NCBI GenBank assembly: GCA_963755125.1
Contig: CAVWIP010000008.1
Location: forward strand, 96,001-160,000
Direction: 5' to 3'
Source of the DNA: an uncultured delta proteobacterium
GTDB taxonomy: Bacteria > Myxococcota_A > Polyangia > Fen-1088
Length of the DNA stretch: 64,000 nt
In this document: positions 9,471 to 19,270 of the stretch, piece after piece
How the letters are laid out: every line of letters begins with the position of its first letter
How positions within the stretch are numbered: position 1 is the stretch's first letter
Notes under the pieces: generated by a model
The model's input: the letters and a program-made list of their open reading frames with translations, nothing else
Database searches by the model: none
What the model was told of the DNA's origin: nothing
Position numbers and translations under genes: made by a program

Positions 9471-10441
9471 GGTCGGTTTTGCTGCAACACCTGGCTCGGC
9501 CCGCCAGCCGGAGCGCCCAAGCTGGCGCGCAGCGGGACAGGCATGAATATTATGGCGAAGGTCACAAAAACCAGCCAGAAAAGCCCGGCTCGGCTGGCCG
9601 GCAAGGGTCGATCGTCGACGGGCGGATGGTCAATGCCGCCCGACAGGCGACGCAAGAGCGCGAGCAGCACGAACCACATCAGCCAGGGCATGCCGGCCGC
9701 CGTCGCGATGTTGACGGCCGAGACCGGCAGGGCCCCGCCCAGCCGCGCCAGCTCGGCCACGACGTCCGAGTAGACCGCGACAGCGACCCCCAGCGCGAAA
9801 ACCGGCAGCAGGTTCTGCAGGATGCGCGAAGCCCGGCCGTAGCGATTGCCAAAGAACGCGATGGCCACGTGGCCGCCGTCGAGCTGGCCCACGGGCAAAA
9901 GATTGAGCATGGTGACCAGCAGTCCGGCCCACCCGGCCATGGCGGTCGGGTGCAACATCACGTCGCTCCCGCCGCCGGGCAGCCAGGCGCCGTGGATCGC
10001 GCGCTTGAGAACCGCATACAGGATGGAGTTGCCCTCCTGGACGCCGACCCCGACCAGGGGCTGCACCGGCGAGATGGAAAGGCCGTAGACGAGCACCGGG
10101 ATGGCCACGGCCAGTCCGGCCAGCGGCCCGGCGGCGCCGATGTCGATGAGCTTGCGCCGGTCGGAGGTTCTCGACTGCAGGATCACCGCACCCATGGTCC
10201 CGAACAGCCCGATGCCCGGCCACAGTGGTACGAAGTACGGCAGCGACGCCGGCACGTGATGCCAGCGAGCCGCCAGATAGTGACCCATCTCATGACAGAG
10301 CAGGATCGCCATCAGGGGCACCGAGAACGAGAGCCCGTCGGCAAGCGGGAACATGCTGGCAAAGCCATGGCGTTCCAGCGCGCCCTGCATGGTGGTGGTC
10401 AGCAGCGTCGCCAGGAAGAGCGCGAGGTTCAAGAAAGGCAT
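9467..10441 (-). CDS. Site-2 protease (M50) family membrane metalloprotease
   Basis: HEMGH, AAGPLAG, NLLPVGQLDGGH. Confidence 0.93.
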   Translation of the reverse strand: MPFLNLALFLATLLTTTMQGALERHGFASMFPLADGLSFSVPLMAILLCHEMGHYLAARWHHVPASLPYFVPLWPGIGLFGTMGAVILQSRTSDRRKLIDIGAAGPLAGLAVAIPVLVYGLSISPVQPLVGVGVQEGNSILYAVLKRAIHGAWLPGGGSDVMLHPTAMAGWAGLLVTMLNLLPVGQLDGGHVAIAFFGNRYGRASRILQNLLPVFALGVAVAVYSDVVAELARLGGALPVSAVNIATAAGMPWLMWFVLLALLRRLSGGIDHPPVDDRPLPASRAGLFWLVFVTFAIIFMPVPLRASLGAPAGGPSQVLQQNRP

Positions 10442-10445
10442 TCGG

Positions 10446-11540
10446 TTACTCCTCGCGCCGCTGCATCGCTGCCATCATCTCCTGAAAAGCGCGCCGACGG
10501 GGATAGGCATCTTCACCCAGCAGGCCGGCCAGCCTGTCGAGCGCCGCACGCGCCTCTTCGCCGGTCACACTGGGCACTTCGACCTGCACCCGCACATGCG
10601 CGTCGCCGCGGCCACCGCCGGTGGCCGGCAGCCCCTTGCCGCGCACGCGAAACACGCTGCCCGGCTGTGTGCCGGCCGGGATCTTCATGCGCACGCGCGC
10701 GTCGAGCAGCGGCACCTCGATCTCGGTGCCCAGGGCTGCCTCGTCCATGCGCACCGGAACTTCGACCTCCAGAACATCGCCCTGCTGGCGATAGAAGGGA
10801 TGCGGACGTACCCGCACAATCACGTGCAAGTCGCCCGCCGGCCCCCCACGCCGGCCGGGCGAGCCCTCGCCCGCTACCCGTTGCGTGCTGCCGGCCTGGG
10901 ATCCGGGCGGTATGCGCACCACGTACTCGCGCTCGCGCTCGCACAGGCCGGTGCCCGAGCAGGGCTTGCAGCGCACGCGCGGGATCTGCCCCGAGCCGCC
11001 GCAGGCCAGGCAGTCGCGCCGGGAAGAGAAGAAGCCGGCCTTGAGCCGCGTGTATCCCTGCCCGGCACAGCGCGCGCAGGCTTGCAGGCCCGCCGCCCCG
11101 CCTTGGGCGCCGGTGCCGCTGCAGTCCCGACAGTCCTCGCCGCGCACGAAGCGAATTGACTGCTGGCACCCCAGCGCGGCCTGTTCGAAATCCAGCTCCA
11201 AGGTGTAGCGCAGGTCTTGCCCGGCGGCCCGTTTGCGGCCCAGCCCGAACAGGTCGCCGAAGATGGCGTCGAAGAAGTCGGTGACCTTGGCTAGATCGGC
11301 GCTGTCCCCGAAGGGCAGATCGCCGGGCACATCGCCCAGCCGATCGTAGCGCGCCCGTTTCTCCTCGTCGCCCAACACCGCATAGGCCAGCGAGACTTCC
11401 TTGAAGCGCTCCTCGGCCGAAACCTGGCCCGGGTTGCGGTCGGGATGGAACTGCAAGGCCAGCTTGCGATAGGCCGCCTTGATCTCGGCCGCGGGTGCGT
11501 CGCGGGCCACACCCAAGGTCTTGTAGTGATCGTGCGCCAC
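10446..11540 (-). CDS. dnaJ: Chaperone DnaJ
   Basis: J-domain HPD, four CxxCxGxG repeats, C-terminal domain. Confidence 0.95.
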   Translation of the reverse strand: MAHDHYKTLGVARDAPAAEIKAAYRKLALQFHPDRNPGQVSAEERFKEVSLAYAVLGDEEKRARYDRLGDVPGDLPFGDSADLAKVTDFFDAIFGDLFGLGRKRAAGQDLRYTLELDFEQAALGCQQSIRFVRGEDCRDCSGTGAQGGAAGLQACARCAGQGYTRLKAGFFSSRRDCLACGGSGQIPRVRCKPCSGTGLCEREREYVVRIPPGSQAGSTQRVAGEGSPGRRGGPAGDLHVIVRVRPHPFYRQQGDVLEVEVPVRMDEAALGTEIEVPLLDARVRMKIPAGTQPGSVFRVRGKGLPATGGGRGDAHVRVQVEVPSVTGEEARAALDRLAGLLGEDAYPRRRAFQEMMAAMQRREE

Positions 11541-11546
11541 GGCGGG

Positions 11547-13391
11547 CTACGAAGATTTCTCGGGCTCTGGCTCGGGCACGCTCCCGCCCTGCAGCGCCAC
11601 GAACAGCATGTGGGCCTCGGTTTCCAGCTTGGAAAGAACCGCGCGCGCGCGCGGGACGTCGCCCGCGAACATCTCGAAGGTGTGCTTGCACTCGTCGAGC
11701 GCCGTCTGCAGTCGTCCCCTGGCGTCCGGGTCCAGCTTGTCGCCGAATTCCTCCAAGGTGCGCTCGGTGCCGTAGATGAGCGTGTCGGCGCCGTTGCACA
11801 GATCGGCCCACTCCTTCTTGGCCTGGTCCACCTGGCGACTGGCGTCGGAATCGGCGATGAAGGCGTTGATCTCGGCCTCGGAAAGGCCCGAGGTCGGCTG
11901 CACCACGACGGTCTGACTCTTGCCCGTGCCCATGTCCTTGGCCGAAACGCTGACCATGCCGTTGGAATCGATGTCGAACGATACCTCGATCTGGGGCGCG
12001 CCCCGCGGCGCCGGCGGGATGCCGGTCAGTTGAAAGTGAGCCAGGCTCTTGTTGTCCTCGGCCATCTTGCGCTCGCCTTGCAGAACGTGCACGTTGACGT
12101 AGGGTTGGTTGTCCACCGCGGTGGAAAACGCACGCGCGCGCCGCACCGGGATGGAGGTGTTGCGCGGGATGATGGGCGTGAACACGCCGCCCGCCGTCTC
12201 GACGCCCAGGGAAAGCGGGGTCACGTCGAGCAGCAACACGTCCTGCTGCTCGCCCGAGAGCACCGCACCCTGCAGGGCCGCGCCCACCGCCACCGCTTCG
12301 TCGGGATTCACCGCGCGCGACGGCTTCTTGCCGAAGAAGTTCGACACCAGCTCCTGCACGCGCGGCATGCGCGTCTGGCCGCCCACCAGGATGACCTCGT
12401 CGACGTCGGCGACCGCCCAGCCCGCATCCTTGAGCACCTGCTCGATGGGAGAAATGGTCCGGGCCAGCAGATCCTCGCACATCTCTTCCAGCTTGCTGCG
12501 CGTGATCGAGGTGATGAGATGCTTGGGTCCGTCGGCGCCCGCCGCGATGAACGGCAGGTTGACCTCGGTGTCCAGGCTGGTGGACAGCTCGTGCTTGGCC
12601 CGCTCGGCGGCCTCGCGCAAGCGCTGCAGGGCCATGCGCTCGCCCCGCAAATCGATGCCCGTCTCGGCCTGGAACCCGTCAGCCAGGAAGCCCACGATCC
12701 GCGCATCGATGTCTTCGCCGCCCAGAAAGCCGTCGCCGCTCGATGCCTTGACCTGGTACACGCCCTCGTGCAGGTGCAAGAGCGAGATATCGAAGGTGCC
12801 GCCGCCCAGATCGTAGACCGCAAGCTTGGCGTCGGACACCAGACTCAGGCGACCGAAGGCCAGCGCCGCGGCGGTGGGCTCGTTGATGATTCGCCTGACG
12901 TTGAGGCCCGCGATGCAACCCGCGTCCTTGGTGGCCTGGCGCTGGCTGTCGCCGAAGTAGGCGGGCACGGTGATGACCGCGTCGGTGACCGGCTCGCCCA
13001 GATACTCCTCGGCGGTCTTCCGCATCTTGTCCAGAACGAAGGCCGAAAGCTGCGCGGGCGGATATTCCTTGCCCTTGACCTGCACCCACGCGTCGCCGTT
13101 GGCCGCGGCCACCACTTCATAGGTCGAGGACTTGGCGTGACGTTCGACCTCCGGATCGGCGCGCTTGCGCCCCATCAGGCGCTTGACCGCCGACACCGTG
13201 CACTCGGCGTTGGTGACCGCCTGGCGCTTCGCGATCTGGCCGACCAGGGGCTCGCCCTCGTTCGCCAGCGCGATCACCGAGGGCGTGGTGCGCGAGCCCT
13301 CGCTGTTGGGGATGACCAGTGGCTCCATCCCCTCCAGCACGGCCACGCAGGAGTTGGTCGTTCCGAGATCGATTCCGATGATGCGGCTCAC
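11547..13391 (-). CDS. dnaK: Hsp70 chaperone DnaK
   Basis: [45 protein letters not shown]. Confidence 0.97.
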   Translation of the reverse strand: MSRIIGIDLGTTNSCVAVLEGMEPLVIPNSEGSRTTPSVIALANEGEPLVGQIAKRQAVTNAECTVSAVKRLMGRKRADPEVERHAKSSTYEVVAAANGDAWVQVKGKEYPPAQLSAFVLDKMRKTAEEYLGEPVTDAVITVPAYFGDSQRQATKDAGCIAGLNVRRIINEPTAAALAFGRLSLVSDAKLAVYDLGGGTFDISLLHLHEGVYQVKASSGDGFLGGEDIDARIVGFLADGFQAETGIDLRGERMALQRLREAAERAKHELSTSLDTEVNLPFIAAGADGPKHLITSITRSKLEEMCEDLLARTISPIEQVLKDAGWAVADVDEVILVGGQTRMPRVQELVSNFFGKKPSRAVNPDEAVAVGAALQGAVLSGEQQDVLLLDVTPLSLGVETAGGVFTPIIPRNTSIPVRRARAFSTAVDNQPYVNVHVLQGERKMAEDNKSLAHFQLTGIPPAPRGAPQIEVSFDIDSNGMVSVSAKDMGTGKSQTVVVQPTSGLSEAEINAFIADSDASRQVDQAKKEWADLCNGADTLIYGTERTLEEFGDKLDPDARGRLQTALDECKHTFEMFAGDVPRARAVLSKLETEAHMLFVALQGGSVPEPEPEKSS

Positions 13392-14086
13392 GAGGGCTTG
13401 TCTCCCTTGTCAGGCGTCTCGTCATCGCCGGTCACGTCGATCTCCACTCCACCCGCCGACGGCCCAGCCGCCTGCGCTTGTTTCGCATCCGACTTACCGG
13501 TTTCCGCTGGCGGCGCGGGCGGCGCAGCGGCGACCACCACGATGGCCGGGCGAAGCAGCCGCTCACCCATGCGATAGCCTTTCTGCAGCTCGTGCAGCAC
13601 CGTGCCGGGCATGGCCTCGCTGCTGGGTGCCTGCGAGATCGCATCGTGCACGCGCGGATCGAAGGGCTGGCCTTTGGCGTCGATGGCCGTCACCGAATAG
13701 CGTTCCAGCTTCGACTTGAACAGGCGCAAGACCAGCTCGACTCCGTCCTGCACCGACTTGACGTCGGTTTCGCCACCTTCCTTCCACGAGGCGATGGCGC
13801 GTTCCAAGTTGTCCGCGATCTCCAAGAATTCGCGCAGCACCGTCTCGCGTGCCTTGACGTCGTGCTCGGCCATGTCCTTGCGCACGCGCTTCTTGTAGTT
13901 GTCGAATTCGGCCGCGATGCGGAGCATGCGGTCCCTGAACTCGGCCTTCTCGGCTTCCAGGGTGGCCACCCGTTGCTCCGGCGTCGGTTCCGCGGGCGCC
14001 GGCGCGGCGGCGACCGTCGGGATCTCGGCTGCCGGCGGTGTGGTTTCGAAGGCGGGATTCTCTTCGGACTCGTCGTGTTCGCTCAT
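13388..14086 (-). CDS. grpE: Nucleotide exchange factor GrpE
   Basis: AEFDNYKKR, DNLERA, FDPRVHDA, QKGYRMGERLLRPAIV. Confidence 0.96.
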   Translation of the reverse strand: MSEHDESEENPAFETTPPAAEIPTVAAAPAPAEPTPEQRVATLEAEKAEFRDRMLRIAAEFDNYKKRVRKDMAEHDVKARETVLREFLEIADNLERAIASWKEGGETDVKSVQDGVELVLRLFKSKLERYSVTAIDAKGQPFDPRVHDAISQAPSSEAMPGTVLHELQKGYRMGERLLRPAIVVVAAAPPAPPAETGKSDAKQAQAAGPSAGGVEIDVTGDDETPDKGDKPS

Positions 14087-14127
14087 GGCAAGCAAATTCG
14101 CGGGCGGAACGCAGCCGCGCGCTCCTT

Positions 14128-15159
14128 TCAGGGCCTGGGAAGCACCTCGGTAATCACGTCGGCTGTGAAGTCTACCAGAGGGATGACCTTGGAATAACTC
14201 ATTCGCGACGGACCGATCACCCCGATGGTTCCCAGCGGCCGGTCCTCGCCGCCGTAGCTCGCGGCCACCACCGAGATCTCGGTCAAGTCCGCCAGGTTGG
14301 CCTCCGCGCCGATGAACACGCAGATGCCAGGCGCATTGAGCGTGCGTTCCAGCAGCTTGACGATCTGATCTTTCTCTTCCAGCGTGCGCAGCACGCGGCG
14401 AGCCCGATCCAAATCCGCCGCCGCCGACAGGAGATTCGACTGTCCATCGAGCAGAATGTCCGCCCCCGGCTCGGCCGCGGGAGCCGCCGCCATGGCCAGA
14501 TCGAGCGCCTGCGCCAGCACGGGATCGCTGACCGAGCGCTCGCGTTCCTTCTCGATCTCGCGCACCAGCCGCACGCGCATCTGGTCCAGGGTCAAGCCCG
14601 ACACCAAGCTGTTGAGATAGTTGTTGATGCGCTCGAGATCGCCGGGCGAGAGCGAGAAATCGATGGGGATGAGCTTGTTCTGAATCTGGCCGCTTTGCGA
14701 GGCGATGACGGCCAGCAAATGGTCGCCGCGCAGACGCACGAACTCGAGGTGCGACACCGCATCCGATTCGGGACGCGGCGCCTGCACGACCACGGCCAGG
14801 TGCGAAAGATCGCGCAGCACGCGCGCCACCCTTTGCATGATGTCTTGCGGGTCCGCGACCGGCCCCAGCCGCTCACGGATCTCCACCTGTTCCGGCGCAG
14901 ATAGGCTGCGCACGCGCAAGAGCGTGTCCACGTAGTAACGCAGGCCGCGATCGGTGGGGATGCGCCCCGCCGAGGTGTGCAGGTGGTGCAGCATGCCCAG
15001 ATCTTCCAACTCGCCCATCACCGTGCGCACCGTGGCCGGGGAAGCCGCCAACCGGTAGCGATGCGCAACCGTCTCAGACCCCACCGCCTCGCCGGTGGCC
15101 AGGTATTCGGACACCACGGCGTGCAGGACCTTCTTCGCACGTGCGCCAATGTCGCTCAC
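14128..15159 (-). CDS. hrcA: Heat-inducible transcription repressor HrcA
   Basis: SPATVRTVM, HTSAGRIPTDRGLRYYVD, GTIGVIGPSRMSY. Confidence 0.96.
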   Translation of the reverse strand: MSDIGARAKKVLHAVVSEYLATGEAVGSETVAHRYRLAASPATVRTVMGELEDLGMLHHLHTSAGRIPTDRGLRYYVDTLLRVRSLSAPEQVEIRERLGPVADPQDIMQRVARVLRDLSHLAVVVQAPRPESDAVSHLEFVRLRGDHLLAVIASQSGQIQNKLIPIDFSLSPGDLERINNYLNSLVSGLTLDQMRVRLVREIEKERERSVSDPVLAQALDLAMAAAPAAEPGADILLDGQSNLLSAAADLDRARRVLRTLEEKDQIVKLLERTLNAPGICVFIGAEANLADLTEISVVAASYGGEDRPLGTIGVIGPSRMSYSKVIPLVDFTADVITEVLPRP

Positions 15160-15203
15160 GCTTACTATCTAACTCGGAAACCGAGCCGCAGCCAAGCGTC
15201 GGA

Positions 15204-16421
15204 CTAGATTCCAAGCCACAGGCGGGTGGCGACCTCGTCGGCAAACAGGAAGCCCGCGACCGTGAGGCGCAGGCGATCGGGCGCGACCGACAACCAGCCC
15301 GCGTCCACGCACTTCTGGGCTGCGGCGGCGCGTTCGGGAGACGACAGCGGATCGCGGCCGTGGCGACGCGCGTGCGCCGCCCGATCCACACCGTCGCAGG
15401 TTCGCAGTCCCAGCCACAACCCCTCGTTTTCCAGGTCCTCGACTGTGCGGTGTTCGATCTTGGCCGGCAATGGGTTCCCTTTCCCGGCCGCTGCCGAGCG
15501 CAGATAGGTTGCAAGCGCGCGCGGGTTGGAGAAGCGCCAGCCGGTGCCGTCGATGAGCGGCCGGAATGACGACGCGGATGCGCCCACACCCAGGTAAGCT
15601 CCGCCGGTCCAGTAGAGCGTGTTGTGAACCGCACGCCGGCCGGGACGCGCATAGGACGAAATCTCATAATGCTCGAAGCCCGCGGCCTGCAGCATCTCGT
15701 GCGCCGTCACGTACATCGCCGCCACGGCCTCCTCGTCGGGCCGGTGCAGCTTGCCCGCGCGCTCGCGGGCGCCAAACGGCGTGCCGCGCTCGACGGTCAG
15801 GACGTAGGCGGTGATGTGCTCGGGCGAAAGCGCTACCAGGGCGTCGAGCGAATGGCGCCAGTCATCCATGGTCTGGCCGGGAAGCCCGAACATCAAATCC
15901 GCGCACAGGTTTTCGATGCCCGCGCTGCGCACGGCGTGGATCGCCGCCGCAATAGCGGCCACGCTGTGCTGCCGGCCGATGGCGGCCAGCAAATGATCCT
16001 GGAAGGCCTGCATCCCGAGCGACACCCGGTTCACCCCTGCCGCACGCAGGCCCACCGCATCCTCCGCCGTCATCTCGCCGGGGTTCGCCTCGACCGTGAT
16101 TTCCAGCGGCCCGGTCGCAGCGAAGAGCCTGCGCGTGGTCTCGATCGCGCGCCCCATGGCCTCGGGCCGCCACAGGCCGGGCGTGCCGCCGCCGAAGTAG
16201 ATCGAACACAAGTTCGACGCGTCCTTGCCGCGAAACCAGCCCGCACGCGCCGCAAGCTCGGCCACGACCGCTTCCGCGTACTCGTCGTGCGGGATCGGCT
16301 CGCGCACCGCCGTGGCGAAATCGCAGTAGGGACAGCGCGCCCGACAGAAAGGGACGTGGACGTACACACCCAGCGGGCGGGTGGTATCCACAAAGCCGGT
16401 TCCTGCATCGGCAGGGGTCAT
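15204..16421 (-). CDS. hemW: Radical SAM heme chaperone HemW (HemN-like)
   Basis: YVHVPFCRARCPYCDF, YFGGGTP, HYEISSY, HNTLYW; usual position upstream of hrcA. Confidence 0.93.
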   Translation of the reverse strand: MTPADAGTGFVDTTRPLGVYVHVPFCRARCPYCDFATAVREPIPHDEYAEAVVAELAARAGWFRGKDASNLCSIYFGGGTPGLWRPEAMGRAIETTRRLFAATGPLEITVEANPGEMTAEDAVGLRAAGVNRVSLGMQAFQDHLLAAIGRQHSVAAIAAAIHAVRSAGIENLCADLMFGLPGQTMDDWRHSLDALVALSPEHITAYVLTVERGTPFGARERAGKLHRPDEEAVAAMYVTAHEMLQAAGFEHYEISSYARPGRRAVHNTLYWTGGAYLGVGASASSFRPLIDGTGWRFSNPRALATYLRSAAAGKGNPLPAKIEHRTVEDLENEGLWLGLRTCDGVDRAAHARRHGRDPLSSPERAAAAQKCVDAGWLSVAPDRLRLTVAGFLFADEVATRLWLGI

Positions 16422-16582
16422 GGACGATGGGCTCGCGCAGGTTCGACGCGAACGTCTTCGGTTCTCCTCATGGTGATCCCCAGGTCAATACTTGCATAGC
16501 GCGACTCTTTCCGCGCTACCATCGTAGGGCCGCATGAGGCTCGACCATCACTCTTGGGACACGACGAGGGCGCCGTAGCACG

Positions 16583-17626
16583 ATGCGGGTCGTCTTCTTT
16601 CTACAAGGCCAGCGCGTCCCGGCGGCGCGCTTTCGTGGGATGGCGGTGGCGCAGGCTCTGGGCGCGGCGGGGATGGATTGCAGCCTGCGCATTCCGGTGC
16701 CCAGCGTGTACGGCGACTGGCTGCCTCGCTTTCCCACCGGTCCGTGGCGTCGCTTGCTGGTGCCATGGGTTGCCCTCGTCAGGCTGGCACAGCTTCGCGA
16801 TTTGCGACCCGGCGACGTGGTTTTCTTCCAACGCCCCATGATCGAGTTACCCACCGTCCTCCTGGAAAGACTGGCGGCGCGTGGGCGCAGGTCGCTGTTC
16901 GATTTCGACGACGCCATATTCTTGAACTGGGGCGGGCGCGAGAAGCTGCGCCGCACGGTCGCGCTGGTGGACCACGTGGTGGCGGGCAATCGCTTCCTCG
17001 CCGAGGCCGCGCGAGCACCAGAGAAGACCACCATCATCCCCACCGCCGTGGACACCAACCGCTGGGCCGTGATGCCGACACGGGACGCGCGTGGCCGTGA
17101 AGTCGTCGTGGGCTGGACCGGGCTGTCGTGTAACTACCGGCATCTGGCCCTGGCCCGCGCCCCCATTGCGCGCGCCCTGCGCCGCACGGGCGCCAGGTTC
17201 GTGGTGATCTCCGACCGGCCACCGCCCCGGGAGTTGGCCGACCTGATGCCCGCGTTCGTGCCCTGGCGAGCGGAAAGCGAAATCGAGGATCTGGCCCGTC
17301 TCGACGTGGGCGTGATGCCGCTGCCCGACGGCCTTCACGAACGGGGCAAGTGCGCGTTCAAGCTTATCCAGTACATGGCCTTGGGCCGGCCAGGGTTGGC
17401 CTCACCGGTGGGTGTCAACTGCGAAGTGGTTACCGACGGCAGTGACGGCTTTCTGCCCCGTACCGATGCCGATTGGGAGGAGCAACTCGTGCGGCTCATC
17501 GAGAATCCCGACTTGCGCGTTCAGGTGGGCGGCCACGCGCGCCAGCGGGTGGAGGCGGCATACTCTGTCGCGGCCGTGGCACCACGCTACCTAGAAGTTG
17601 TCAACCGCGTTGCTTCGGCCATTTGA
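16583..17626 (+). CDS. Glycosyltransferase family 4
   Basis: FDFDDAIF, GWTG, DVGVMPL, GKCAFKLIQYMALG, SPVGVN. Confidence 0.9.
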   Translation: MRVVFFLQGQRVPAARFRGMAVAQALGAAGMDCSLRIPVPSVYGDWLPRFPTGPWRRLLVPWVALVRLAQLRDLRPGDVVFFQRPMIELPTVLLERLAARGRRSLFDFDDAIFLNWGGREKLRRTVALVDHVVAGNRFLAEAARAPEKTTIIPTAVDTNRWAVMPTRDARGREVVVGWTGLSCNYRHLALARAPIARALRRTGARFVVISDRPPPRELADLMPAFVPWRAESEIEDLARLDVGVMPLPDGLHERGKCAFKLIQYMALGRPGLASPVGVNCEVVTDGSDGFLPRTDADWEEQLVRLIENPDLRVQVGGHARQRVEAAYSVAAVAPRYLEVVNRVASAI

Positions 17627-17716
17627 CGGCACGCACGTCATCGCTCGCAAGGTCTATCCCGGGGCTGCTGCAACTACTTCGGAGTCAGCGGCACCTTCAA
17701 AAGCTTATGGTGTACA

Positions 17717-19210
17717 ATGGGTCTCGCAATTCGGTCGATCATGAGACGTTGTTCGATGCTGGATGCTCCGTGTGGACTTGCTTTGGCAGGCCGGCGCCTC
17801 TCCGTCGGACTTTCGTTGATTCTCACCTTGAGCGCGTGTTCGGGCAGTGACTCGGATGGCACGGGGGCTGACGCGGGTGCCAGCACTGGCGGAACCGGGC
17901 CAATGACGAGCGCCGGCGCTGGTGCAGGGATGGGTGGAAGCACGTTAGGGGGAAACACCGGAGCCGGCGGAGTAGCAAGCGCCGGTGCAACGACGACGGC
18001 CGGCGGAACCACCGTCGCAGGCGGCCAGGTGAGCATAGGGGGAAGGCCGGGCGGCTCCCGGTCTACAGGCAGCGTTACGATCACCGGCGGAACTACGTCC
18101 ACCGGAGGAGACTCGAACGCGGGTGGCACGGTGAGCACGGGCGGGACCATGACCACCGGCGGTGCGAGAACCACCGGCGGTGCGTCCAGCGCGGGTGGCA
18201 CGCCAGGGGGCTCGCAAGCTAGCGGTGGAGCCGTGGGCGCGGGCGGCTCCAGTGCCACAGCCGGTACCACGAGCGCCGCCGGCTCCACGGCATCCGCTGG
18301 GACCGCCGGCAGTGGGGGTGCCGCGGGGGCTGGCGGTGTCCCTGGGACGAGTTCGGGCTGCCCAGGGGCTGACGCGGCGGAATTCGCCTTGGTACAGGCT
18401 TGGCTGAACAACACCATCGCCGTGGGTGCATTGCCCAATTATGCGTACAGCAACATAAAAACGAATTTCCCTGCGGGCGCGGCGTTCGACAAGCTCGCCT
18501 GTTCCATTGCCATGAGCTGCGTGGAATTCGCCCCGATGGAGACCGACTGGCTCCGCAAGTGCGAGGCGGTCGTCACGTCGGCAATTGTGGCCGAGAGTTC
18601 GTACAATCCCAATTCAGTCGTCACTGACTCCTATGCCACGCGTGCCCTCACTGGCGCAACCGCCAATGATCCCACTGTGGGCCTGCTGCAAGTTCGCTTC
18701 AGTTCCACCATGCACGACTTCAATTACAATGGACCAATGGCCAAGATGGCCGCCCTTGGTTGCACCTGGCCCCCGGAGTTGCAGACCCAGCCGGACACTA
18801 CCAACTTCTGGGCCACGGAGGGCGGCACCACTTACCTCAGTTTCATGCAGGATGTGGCGTGCAACATCGGGTCTGCCGCCTGGTACTACTTCTACAATGC
18901 CACGGGCAACGGTGGCGCCAGCGCGGTGTGGATATCCAACTACTGTGCAGGCCAAGGCATCGCCGGAACCATGGTGACGGGCCTGCTGTCACACCTGGAG
19001 GGAGGCAATTACCCGCGGCCAGCCGACCCCAACAACCCATATCCCTGGGGTATCGAATGCTGCTCGTGCGGCAATCCGTCGGGCTGCACCTGCACCGGGT
19101 GCACCGGCCGCTTTGCCGCTTTCATGGGAATCGGAACGACAGCCTCTCGCCCCACTCCGGACCCGTTCCAGGAAGTGCTGAGCCCTGAGCCCACCAAGTA
19201 CTGCAAGTGA
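17717..19210 (+). CDS. Lipoprotein with Gly/Thr linker and lysozyme-like (SLT-like) Cys-rich C-terminal domain; start uncertain
   Basis: Lipobox LTLSAC; long G/T/S linker; AIVAESSYNP and VGLLQV motifs. Confidence 0.65.
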   Translation: MGLAIRSIMRRCSMLDAPCGLALAGRRLSVGLSLILTLSACSGSDSDGTGADAGASTGGTGPMTSAGAGAGMGGSTLGGNTGAGGVASAGATTTAGGTTVAGGQVSIGGRPGGSRSTGSVTITGGTTSTGGDSNAGGTVSTGGTMTTGGARTTGGASSAGGTPGGSQASGGAVGAGGSSATAGTTSAAGSTASAGTAGSGGAAGAGGVPGTSSGCPGADAAEFALVQAWLNNTIAVGALPNYAYSNIKTNFPAGAAFDKLACSIAMSCVEFAPMETDWLRKCEAVVTSAIVAESSYNPNSVVTDSYATRALTGATANDPTVGLLQVRFSSTMHDFNYNGPMAKMAALGCTWPPELQTQPDTTNFWATEGGTTYLSFMQDVACNIGSAAWYYFYNATGNGGASAVWISNYCAGQGIAGTMVTGLLSHLEGGNYPRPADPNNPYPWGIECCSCGNPSGCTCTGCTGRFAAFMGIGTTASRPTPDPFQEVLSPEPTKYCK

Positions 19211-19270
19211 GCCCGGCGAAGCTCCGCCCTCCCCTTCTCGCCTCCGCGGATCCATGATTGTCTGGGCTCG

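Noticed and set aside
11445..13577. 710-aa ORF antisense to dnaK, plus similar shadows over leuA, serA, the sigma54 regulator and the kinase
   Set aside because: Expected stop-free antisense frames in high-GC coding DNA, with no recognisable motifs
16497..16518. TAGCGCG...CGCGCTA palindrome as CIRCE
   Set aside because: Does not match the TTAGCACTC-N9-GAGTGCTAA consensus
17860..18360. Gly/Thr-rich quasi-repeats (also about 60360-60470)
   Set aside because: Protein-level low-complexity linkers typical of such lipoproteins, not DNA repeat arrays
19221..19234. GCTCCGCCCT as a sixth repeat copy
   Set aside because: Only about 10 bp match, with neither hairpin nor end motif
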